From: Selaginella moellendorffii
Taxonomy: Eukaryota > Plantae > Lycopodiophyta
NCBI RefSeq assembly: GCF_000143415.4
Contig: NW_003314348.1
Coordinates: forward strand, 124,001 to 188,000
DNA length: 64,000 nt
Direction of reading: 5' to 3'
The position numbers were made by a program, and so were the translations under genes. Below the pieces are notes generated by a model, which did no database searches, was not told the DNA's origin, and worked only from the letters and a program-made list of their open reading frames with translations. Of this stretch, positions 52,650-62,710 are shown in pieces (position 1 is the first letter of the stretch; every line of letters begins with the position of its first letter).

Positions 52650-53668
52650 ACCCCCTTTTTCAATTGGTTAAGTTTTAAGATATTTGGGGTTAAGTGTCTT
52701 TGCATTTGAATAGTATTGGGTTGGGTGACCTCCCGAAAAGTTCAAATTCAAGAGTTTACATTTGGTATTATAGGGGTCTTGGGTCCGATTCTGTTGGTTA
52801 GCTTAGGGGAATCGCACCATATGTTGATTGATATCTGGCAAGTCTAAGTTGTTTCGGCTGGGCTCGACCCAAGGGGTAAGGTGTCAAGAGAGCAGGGCTC
52901 TCGGGAGAGCTGCGGATCTCAGCTTTTGTTCATGAGAGCGTAAACTTGTAGGGAAGTGTAGTAGATTGTAAGCAACCAAAGGGAATGACTTCAGAGACGA
53001 TCCATAGAATTCAAATATAAAGGGAAAGGACCCATGAATAAGAGTGCACCTTTTTTTTCAATTGGTTAAGGGTTTTAAGATATTAGGGGTTAAGCATTTT
53101 TGGGTTTGAATAGTATTGGGCTGGGTGACCTCTTGGGAAACCCAAATTCAGGAATTTACAACCATGTCACTATATCTTTGGTCACTACACTAGAGGACTA
53201 TTCCTCTTCCTTTTCACAATCCAGGACTTTGGGATAATATTTCAAAACATTAGGCTCTACACAAGCCTCATGGGTACTCTCCCCACCTTCCACCTTTGGG
53301 TGCTTTAGCCATGGGGCTAAAGAAAGATTCTATTAAACCACACCAAGTATCCAAGTAGATAGTGCCACTTATGCTTGGATTGAAAGAATTGACCATTCAA
53401 TCTCTTAGGGGAATTAAAGTCGGCTCTTGAACACTTCACTAATCTACCCCACTTATCAGTCCGTATTCACTCTAGTCTTGGACTCATTAGTGAATATATA
53501 ATCACACAACACATAGGCATAGCCTTCTTGGGTCACACTGGCCTTTTCTGACCAAACTGGCTCCACTAGGGTCCTCTCCCTACTATACTTTTAGAACCCC
53601 CTAACCACCCTAGGGTGGGGACGATCATTTTGGGCTTTCACCCAACAGCTTATATTAGTATTAGTATT

Positions 53669-54085
53669 CAGACTTGGACTTGGACTCAGACTTGGATTCA
53701 GACTTGATCTCGGACTCGGTTATGGTCTCGGCCTTGGTTCCATCTCGGACTCTATCTCAGGTCCATCTTGGACTCCATCTCAGACTCCATCTCGGGTCCA
53801 TCTCGAATTCCATCTCAGATCCATTTTAGACTCTATCTCAGATTCCATTTCAGGTCCATCTCAAACTCCATCTCGTGTTCATCTCCAACTCCATCTCAGA
53901 CTTCATCTTGGGTCCATCTTGGGTCCATCTCGAACTCCATCTTAAATCCATCTTGGACTCCATCATGGACTCCATCTCTGGTCTATTTCGGATTTCATCT
54001 TAGATTCCATCTCGAACTCCATTTGAAACTCCATCTTGGATTCCATCTTAGACTCCATCTCGGACTCCATCTTGGGTCCATCTTG
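53669..54085. repeat. Degenerate minisatellite: 6-mer (gactYR) grading into 12-mer (gactccatctcg), ~30 copies
   Basis: The ccatctYRgact unit is visible throughout. Confidence 0.85.
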
Positions 54086-54339
54086 ACACTTTTACGTATC
54101 ATGTGTTAGTCTTTTTGTATCCCTTTTCTAGAGACTCACTTATTACTTGCTTTATACTCGTTTCTTGAGTATTTCATTGAGAGTTCCACTCCCACTTTTG
54201 CCATTTTAAGTCGGAGCTTTTAGTCCAAACATATATGCTTGTTTGGCTTTCACTTTAGCCACTACCACGTGACACCCTTTCAGCTCCACTTTTGGGGCTC
54301 TGGGATTTGTGTCTCACAAAGAGTTGCTAGCTATACTAA

Positions 54340-56500
54340 TGTGAAGCTTCATTTCTCAGTTAAGAATGGGCTTATTTACTATAAGCAAAAGAAATTGTAT
54401 CTTCCAACCAAGGATTTGTGACAATTATATTTCTAGGAACATCATAATGTTCTAGCAATAGAATATGGCGGTAACTAGAAGACTCTTGCCTCATTAAGAA
54501 AGATAGTCTAGTATAGAAGGTGAGGTAGTAAATTATGTCCATTCTTGTTTTATCTACTAGTATTGTAAGTAAAGGATTGAGAAGTTGGGAAGTTCTAATG
54601 TATTCTAGTACCAATATAGCCATTTTAGAGTGTTATATTTAACTTCATCACTTACTTGTTGAAGTCTAAAGGTTATTACAGATGGTAGTTGTAAATTAGT
54701 TGTCAAAAGTTGCATACTTTTGTGAAAATAAGGAATATTAAGCAAGCAATAAAGTTCTTTTTCCCTAAGATAGGATGTGAATTTGGATTTCCTAGGATGT
54801 CAATCAATCCAGTACTATTCAAACCCTTAAATATCCCAAGAAATTTAATCAATTAAAAAAGAGGGTGAATTTACTTCTCTATAAATTCACACCTTTGTGA
54901 ACAAAAGTTGATTCTCCTAACCAACCCACAGAGTTGCACCCAAGACCTTTTTGATACCACATGTCTTTACAAATATACACTTTGAATCAGATCCAAGACT
55001 TCTTTAATACTAAATATCTTTACATGTTCACGCCCTTGTGAACCGATATTAATTCCCCTAGCCAACTAGTAGAGTTAGATCCAAGATCTCTTTCATTATA
55101 AATGTAAAAAGTCTTTTAGTTTAAACTTCCTGAGAGATCATATAACCCAATACTATTCAAACCCAAATATGCTTAATCCCAAAACTATTAACTAATTCAA
55201 AAAAAAAAATGCACTTTTATTCATAGGCCATTTTCCTTTTATCTTTAAACCTTTATGAATTGTATTTTAAGTTGTTCTCTTTAGTTGCTTATAGATTTAT
55301 GGACTTCCTGAATAGATGATCTTGGGATAGGGGTTTAAGGTTTATAAGGAAGTTTTTGGGCACCATATTCAAGTTGTTTAGTACCAAGTTGAAATTTAGT
55401 ATAATTTATCATCCTCAAACAAATGGGCAAATTGATTATGTGAATGCTCAAGTGAAGGATTATTTACAATACTCAGTAGAAATCTATTATAACAACACAT
55501 TAAACAATATTATACACTATTCTCTATGTTTATCAAGGAGAGATTCATCCATCTTGTGCCATAGAATTATGAATCAATTAAGAACCTCTTAGAAATATTA
55601 CATATACCTATAAGTTTGTCGTGGAGTATGAATTATATAATCAAAAATAGGTTTTGTAATAAATCTTGCAAATCAATAAAATAAATTAAAAATTTCCTCT
55701 TCTAGGTCAATTTTGGCAAGTTGAATTTGGCATTTTGGTGCATGGGTCCAATCTATAATTATGGGGATAACTATTATAAACTAATCAGAAGTTTTTGCCT
55801 CTCTCTCATTGACCCATTTCCAAAAATAGGCATAATTGTGTAAACAACTTTATTTGCTAATTTATAATAGTTATTTAACTCTTGGGGTTTATTTGTGCTT
55901 AGGGGAGTTAGGCCTTTAATTCTCTCTCTATATCCCTACAAGCCAAGCTATATCATTCCTTTATAAGCTAACTAGTAGAGATGGTTAATTTTATTAGTCA
56001 TTTATTTGTTGATGATAGCTAAAGGGTGTTTAAGTATTAACATCTTTTGATATAGAAGTTTTCCCACTCATTTAAGTCAATGTGTTTCCCACAAAATGTG
56101 TCTTTAATTAACTTTCAGAGTTTTTTTTTTACAATTTATTAAATTAGGTATACATTGATGAGGATGTTAATCTCCTAAAGAAGGGGAGTATGTTGCAAAT
56201 ATGACTTTGAATATCAACAAATATTTGTTGGTTAATCCTTTTGGATATTTTCTTTTTGCTACTATAACAGCAAAAGATTGGTATAGTTGGTTCCTTTTGT
56301 TGGCCCTTTTTGTGTTAATGGAGTTAATTGAACATCTTAAGTATACTTAAACTAGACGAGCATAAGGATATAATTTCTATATGCTATCAACTAATTGTAC
56401 TTAACCTAATAAAGATTTATGTCTCATTGTGTCTTGCATTGGTTAACAACAAGAACCCTCGAATATAAAGCCTAGTCCTTCAATATCATTATATGATGTT
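54340..56500 (+). mobile_element. Decayed gypsy integrase remnant, PPT and start of 3' LTR (56191) of the ~1.3-kb LTR family
   Basis: KNGLIYYKQKKLYLP; FSIIYHPQTNGQIDYVNAQVKDYL (compare STAYHPQTDGQTERVN); PPT aagaaggggagta followed by tgttgcaaatatgactttg. Confidence 0.72.
54776..55293 (-). mobile_element. Rearranged Cassandra-like TRIM with duplicated internal/PBS segments, inserted in the integrase remnant
   Basis: Two reverse 5S cores (ccagtactattcaaaccc at ~54810, cccaatactattcaaaccc at ~55147), reverse PBS tgatacca at ~54952, end ttagttgcttata. Confidence 0.72.
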
Positions 56501-56589
56501 TTACTTATGCCCCATTGTAATGCACTTGATTTTAAAACCAAACTTCAAACCTATTACACTACAAAATAAAGATCTAATACATACCTAAT

Positions 56590-57070
56590 ATCCTCTATGA
56601 GCATTAGCTCCCTATAGCCAACTTTTAAATACAGAACAATATTAAATAGTATTTGGCACAATTTCAATATGCCGGTGGCCCAAGTAAGGAGGTGCATACC
56701 CCATTAGCTAAAACAACATGGAACTTGGGCTTAGGCCTAAGCCAAATGCCAAATAAAAAATAAAATAACTTAATGGGAGCCAAACTAATGTCTCAAGCAT
56801 GCTATCCTTACTTCACATTTAGAACCCTCTATAGCTCCCCCAATACAAAACACACACCTTGGGAGTCTTAAGAGTTAGTCTCTAAGACAAACTTAAAAAC
56901 TTATTAAAGGTAGAATGGTGTTAGATTGTGAATCAAGACACAAAATAATACCACAGTGTTCTTGATATTCTCCACATTTCGTAAATATACCTCTCAGGTA
57001 GATTTAGATGCTTATTATAAATAGCATATATATCCGAAACAGAACCAACATATGGGGCATAATAGTGAGG
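56590..57070 (-). mobile_element. Reverse-oriented fragment of the ~1.3-kb LTR family
   Basis: ttagtctctaagacaaacttaaaaacttattaaa...tagattgtgaat is the reverse complement of 51705-51760. Confidence 0.65.
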
Positions 57071-57190
57071 GTGTCTAACAGACATGATGACTAAGTTCAA
57101 TATCATAGGGTTCCTAACACTAACAATGCAAGTAAACAAATAAATTTCTTTAACCAAACCAAGTATCCTTAACTAATAACATTTAGAAAT

Positions 57191-57395
57191 TCCATTATGC
57201 TCATTTGGTTAGATAGAGACCATGTCCAGAATTAATAGTACTAATCTTATGTAAGACAATTAGTTATCCATCTGGAATCAGTAATATTGATCCATTATGC
57301 TCATTTAATTAAATAGAGACCATGCCCAGAATTAATAGTACTATTCTTATATAAGACAATTAATTATCCAAAATCAATAATATTGATCTTATGTG
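57191..57395. repeat. 100-bp tandem duplication
   Basis: tccattatgctcattt...agagaccatgYccagaattaatagtacta starts at 57191 and 57291. Confidence 0.88.
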
Positions 57396-58467
57396 AGATA
57401 ATCATTATGTTTGTGGATGCCCTACAAGATGAAGGATATACTATATATATAATTTCAATATTTTAGGGTAAGAATATACCTTGCTCAAGAGTATAGCCAC
57501 TAATAAACGGGAATTGAACTCGTACTATTTGCATATAATAATACACCCTATCTTAATCCAACTGAAAAAAGGGGTAATTGTTTAATAAAAGATTTTTTAA
57601 TGGCTATTTTATCCATATTTACTCTAATGTTTTAAGGATCCACAATGATAGTATATATAAATTTCATCCTATAGTCATATATATTACATCTACAAAATGT
57701 AAAAAGTGCCTAAAAGCCATTATATTGTTCTTGCATCTCAATTTACAATCTAGTGCCATTCAAATTTTCCAAAACTAATTCCTAGAACTAAGATGAAAGC
57801 CTCAAAAAGAAGCTCTCATGTGTGTGTGGGGGGGGGGGGTGTCTAAGGGACTCAAAATATATAGATATATAGTAAAGATAGTGGTTAGAAACATAGTTAA
57901 CCATTTGTGGTTTTGCCAACCAAGGCATAACTTGTAGTCACACCTTTGACAATTTTATATATCATCTTTCTCCATCGATTGAGGATGTTCCATCACTTCT
58001 GGCACATTCTGTTCTAGAACTAGACTAGAGCTGGAGTATTCAAGAATTTCCAGACCATCATTAAGTGCAATTGGATCATGCATTAGCTTGGGCCTTGAGG
58101 GGAGTATAAGATCCCATCAAGTGGTAGGATATGGGGAGTAGTGGGGCAAGTGAGGATCTAAAGCTCTTGGGTGTTGTTACAAGACGTGCTTAGCTTTGGC
58201 AAAGTGTGGAGAAGATTCCTACTTAGCATCTTAAGGCTGGGAGCAAATTTTCCTGCAACAATGGCTGATGCTTATGTTCACTTTAGGTGTAACACTTTGC
58301 TTAAAACAACTAAATTGGTATTCTAGCCACTAATGTAATATTTTTTCTTTCTGTATCTGTTATTTTCTCTTTTTGTCCCTGAAAAACAAAAAATTGAATA
58401 ATATATTATTCTTTAACAAGTAAACCATATTTTAATTTTAAACCTGACCTAACGAAATGTAGGGTTC

Positions 58468-59057
58468 ATGGCGAGCAATGCACAGAAGGAGGCGGATTCG
58501 CACCTCAAAGCTCTGATGGCATGGCCAGAGAATCAGAAATGTGCTGACTGTGGAGCCTCCAAGCCTCGGTTTGCATCCATCACGCTGGCTGTCTTTCTGT
58601 GCAATCGCTGCTACGGGATCCATCGCGGCGTCGGTGCTCACATCACGCGCACCAAATGCGTGGGGTTGGATCGATGGGGCCCCGAGGAAGTGCATCGCAT
58701 GAAATGCATTGGGAATGCGGTCGCATCGGCGTATTGGGAGCGTAAGTGTGAGAACTTCACTCCCTTTATCTTTCTTTTTATCCTGGACTGATTTGGCGTT
58801 CTTTTAATTTTGTAGAGAGACTGCCTCAAGGAATCCAGCGGCCATCGCCGGAATCGCCGGACTCGGAGGTGGAGAGATGGATCAGAGACAAGTACGAGAA
58901 GAGGCTCTTCTGCCCTCCGGATTTGCCTCCTCCCGAAGCTCCAAAGTTTGCGATCGAGGTACTTCAAAGAGTTTTCTTCGCTGATACTTTGCTAAAAGGT
59001 TTTTGACAGGAAACGGGAGCGTCAGTACGTTCTTCCGACTGGAAACCATTTGGATAG
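58468..59057 (+). CDS. ArfGAP zinc-finger protein (exons 58468-58741, 58817-58958; 3' structure uncertain)
   Basis: NQKCADC-x16-CNRC-x4-R, LDRW, GNAVASAYWE, ERWIRDKYEKR. The simplest splice ends at TAG ~59057, although coding-like sequence continues to ~59790. Confidence 0.75.
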
Positions 59058-60106
59058 ATGGATACGTTTGGAATCCAAGTGCCTGGAACTTCTGTTACTT
59101 GATAGCGATCTCTGGCTTGCGTGCCGCAGCCGGAATAGTTAGATCCAAGAGATCCAAGGGAATTCTGGTCTTCTACAACTCCACAAACTAAGTACACAAG
59201 CTTTTTTTTTACCTTCTGGCAAGTTGGCGGGGCATGTTTTCTTAACTTGTCTCTTAGATGTCACTTTTCACCAAAAGAGTTTTGGCAAGATCCGCACCGG
59301 GATAGCGATTGATCGCTCCCGCTAACTATCCAATTTCTGTTCATGATGTGGCTCTCTCCGAGCAAGATGTGTCGCTTTTACAAAAGCTGACGTGAGTCCT
59401 CTCTGTCGCCAGCGAGATCCGTGCTCGCTTTGCCAGCCACACACCTCTTACATCTCGAGAAGTTACGCGAGAACATTTGTTTCAAGAATGGCTGACGGAC
59501 TCGTTGTTGGATTGATCCCCAGGAAGACAAAGGGAGGCCACGTCGGGAAGTCGGGCAAAGACACGAGATCATCAATCTCCTCATCAATCATCAACTTGTT
59601 TCGTGTAGGTTTGATCAACTTCCGGTCTGCAGGTCAACGCAAATTAAACCTTCCCACATGGGCAGACCTAGAAGCATCGCTCATCAATGAGGTCAACGTG
59701 GAATCATTAACGACCGCAGCTACTACTACTACCGAGTCCACCCTGGTCAACATATGGTCAATTGAGGTCAACACTCCAGCACGCTTCTAACACTCGCACC
59801 AACCACAAGAGATCCCCCTGGAATCTTGGTGGATCCCTCTCTTTTACAGCGGTGTGGGATGGTTTGGCTTTGCGCCGGGGCGAGTCTTGTGTGAACCACG
59901 TGGATTTTGTTTTGAGCAATAACGCCATTTCTTTGTACTTCCAACTTGGGTGACGGAAATGTACAAGGCGAGTTGATCGCCAATCCTATCAATCAAGCTG
60001 CTATCAATCTAGAGCCTTTACTCTCCTATAAGTTGAGAAGCTTATAAATGGTGGTGGTGGTGGTAGTGTTGTGAAATGTATACTGTTGAGCTGATCCTCT
60101 CGATCA

Positions 60107-61231
60107 TCAATAGACGAGAGCCGAGAGTTTCTTGTTGGAGAGGATCTGCTCATTGCTGCCAAGGAAACGAGCGCGAAAGTCGAGTCAGAGAAGATGGAAG
60201 TGCCAGTTTGATGCATAGATAACCAAACCTTTTCTTGACATTGCTGCCAGTGACAATGTCTCCGAAGCATATGTATCGCCCCACCGCGTTGGGCTTCTCC
60301 AGAGCTACGAGATGCGCAGACGCAACTTCTTCAACGTGAGCGTACGCCAGCACTTCGTCACGGTGGAGTTGCCTCAATCCTGGTCCATTTTGACAAAAGA
60401 TTATCGCTCGTTCAAAACTTGTAAGTTCTTGGGGAGCTACCTTGTATCGAGGGATCCCGGGAAACAACCGTGGCCGGATTTAAGACCACCATATCGAGGC
60501 CTTTGTCGAGGGCGAGAGCCCAGGCAGCGCGCTCGGCCAACGTTTTCGAGAGAGGCGACCATAGCTGAGCTCAAGAACAAGACAAGGAATAGTGTCAGGG
60601 CGACAGTGTGATGGACACACACGCAAATCTTACCTTGTTTTCTCTGCAAAAATCCAGATTTGTCCAGCACTTCTCGTCCAGAGAAGTTTCCTCCTGCGTG
60701 TAGACAATGGTGGAGAGACACGAGGTAAGAACCAAGCGCCTGACGGTCTCGGAGTTGGCGCACGCCTCCACGACATTGAGAACTCCCTTGATTTCGTACT
60801 CGATCATGTCGGCCTGGAAGAAAAAGAAGAAAGAATCTTTCTAGCTCGCAAGAAAAACATTAAACGAGAGTGTTTCTTTGGCTCACCGGATAGTCTCGCA
60901 TTCCATTCATGTCGTGTGGCGCTGGCGAGTGGATCACTCCCGAGCAGCCCCGGATCGTCTTTGCGAGGCTCTTGTAATTGAGAACGTCGACCGAGACGAG
61001 GTGGAGCCTTTGCGCGGCTCCTGGCAAAGATTGGAGCTGGGAAAGCTCCTCTGCGAGAGATCACAGCTCGTTAGGAAGATCACATCATGATCCAAAGAAC
61101 CTACCTGAGCTTATACGGACTCCACAACGAACAGAGTATCCTCGCTCCAGAAGCAGCTTCACAATCCAAGAGCCCATCAATTCCCAGCTCCCGGTGACAC
61201 ACACGAGATCGACAGTGTCCTCAGCACCCAT
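60107..61231 (-). CDS. Atypical cinnamoyl-CoA reductase-like extended SDR (SNL6/At2g23910-like clade), 6 exons
   Basis: [96 protein letters not shown]. Confidence 0.85.
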
Positions 61232-61624
61232 TGTAAGACCAGAGAAATAAAAACAAGAAAAGAAACGAGGGAGAGAGACGAGAGATCAAAGAGTGGCGGC
61301 GATGAGTGGAGGAATTGGGGGGCGCGGGGCGGGATTTTATAAGCAGGAGCAACGAGAGGCCACGAAACCCAATTCGGGTAAAAAGGCGAAACGTGGAGGG
61401 AGTCAATCTATGGCGGGGTTGACTCGCGGCGACCGGCAACGACCGCGAGAAGATGGCTGGCTATGGCGCGCCGAGAGAAAGAGAGAATGACATTAAATAC
61501 GTACAGGTGGGGAGACAAGATCGTGACCGTTCGTTGCGGGCGGTAAATGCGACACAAGCAACGGTGATGGTGCCTAATACTATGGGTTATTCAAATGATT
61601 TTGATTGGATTGATTAATCATAGA

Positions 61625-62420
61625 CTAGCACTCAGTAGCGATGCTCTTGGCCACAGATTCTACAGTGGAGGGTGTCATGGAGTTTTCTCCCAAAATCCAC
61701 TCGATAATGGAAGTGGAAACGTTCTCGTTGTTGACAATGAAGCTGGAAGGAGCTTTTGATCCTTCCTCGTGAACGAAAACCTGCGAGAATCATACATTGA
61801 TTTGGAAAAAAATCTTTCCTGAGAGGAATTTTTGAGATCTTGCCTCAACGTGAGAGCTTGACGATGGCCACGAGTAGACGATGGTGGAGTTTGGCTCCAG
61901 TTTCTTGCTCTGGAAGAACTCGCAGAGATTTGCGAGAGCTATCTCCTCGTCCTCCTCGTATTTGTCATCGTAGGCTAGCCTGTCGCGAACGCTGGTCTCG
62001 ATTGTGGATGCGTACTGGCTCCCAAGTTGCCCCTTGACGAGCAAGATCTTGATGAGCTTGGAAACCGGAGCTGCGAATTTTTTCTAAGATTTTATTTTTC
62101 TTCCCGAGCGAAAAGAATTGAATCACTCACCTTGTATGAGCTGCTGGAAAAACGCACTGCCATCCTTGAGGAGCTCGGATACCGGGAGGCACTTGAAGGA
62201 CTGGAGATGATCCTTGACTTGCGGAGCAAAGTAAACGCCGATCTTGGTGAAGATGACGTGAATTGTCTCGATGGTCATGTCCGTGATGCCTGCGAAAAAA
62301 GCAATGGTCCGCAATCACAGCGAGCAGCAAACAGAGATTCTTACCATGCCCCAGGAGAATGAGTGTCTCCGACGAGGAGGGAGATTGAATGGATTGCGCA
62401 AAAGTGGGATCCATCTCCAT
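61625..62420 (-). CDS. CHIL: Chalcone isomerase-like protein (type IV CHI-fold); exons 62420-62345, 62289-62131, 62070-61844, 61780-61625 (~205 aa)
   Basis: LLGHGITDMTI, FTKIGVY, GSQY, VRDRLAYDDKYEEDEE, FFQSK, NENV, PSTVESVA match CHIL signatures. Intron 3 is GC-AG. The start codon could lie further upstream. Confidence 0.9.
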
Positions 62421-62710
62421 CGCTTGAGCTTGGCCACTGGAGAAAAAAGCACGAAAGAAAGAAGAAAAAGAGAATTCAAGTGCTTCTATCTTTGCGTACT
62501 CCAAAGCATTGAAGACAGGGATGAGAGGAGGGCATTGGGGAAACGTTGAGAAGATCGACAGTAGCCACGTCTTTGTTGTGTGAGGTCCCAAACTCCGCTG
62601 ATTCTCCTCCTACCCGACGACGCTCGGCTTGACTGGCCGGTGTCAAAGAGAATTATTAGGGTTCTTCATAATCCATTTGAAATATTTGTAATGTTATGTG
62701 CCCTAAATCG

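Larger units (their letters stand above)
51070..53160 (+). mobile_element. Full Cassandra-like TRIM whose 5' LTR is split by a nested insertion (5' LTR 51070-51155 + 52655-52760; internal 52761-52966; 3' LTR 52967-53160)
   Basis: TG..CA LTRs of ~194 bp, PBS tggtattatag (iMet-type), PPT agggaagtgtagtaga, TSD ACTAT/ACCAT, 5S-like core in both LTRs. Confidence 0.88.

Noticed and set aside
53669-54085. CRISPR-like array
   Set aside because: Contiguous degenerate tandem units without unique spacers, in a eukaryotic context with no cas genes.
61099-61105. AC-I element (ACCTACC) in the CCR-like gene
   Set aside because: Coincides with the reverse complement of the intron 1 donor site (G|gtaggt), so it is explained by splicing.
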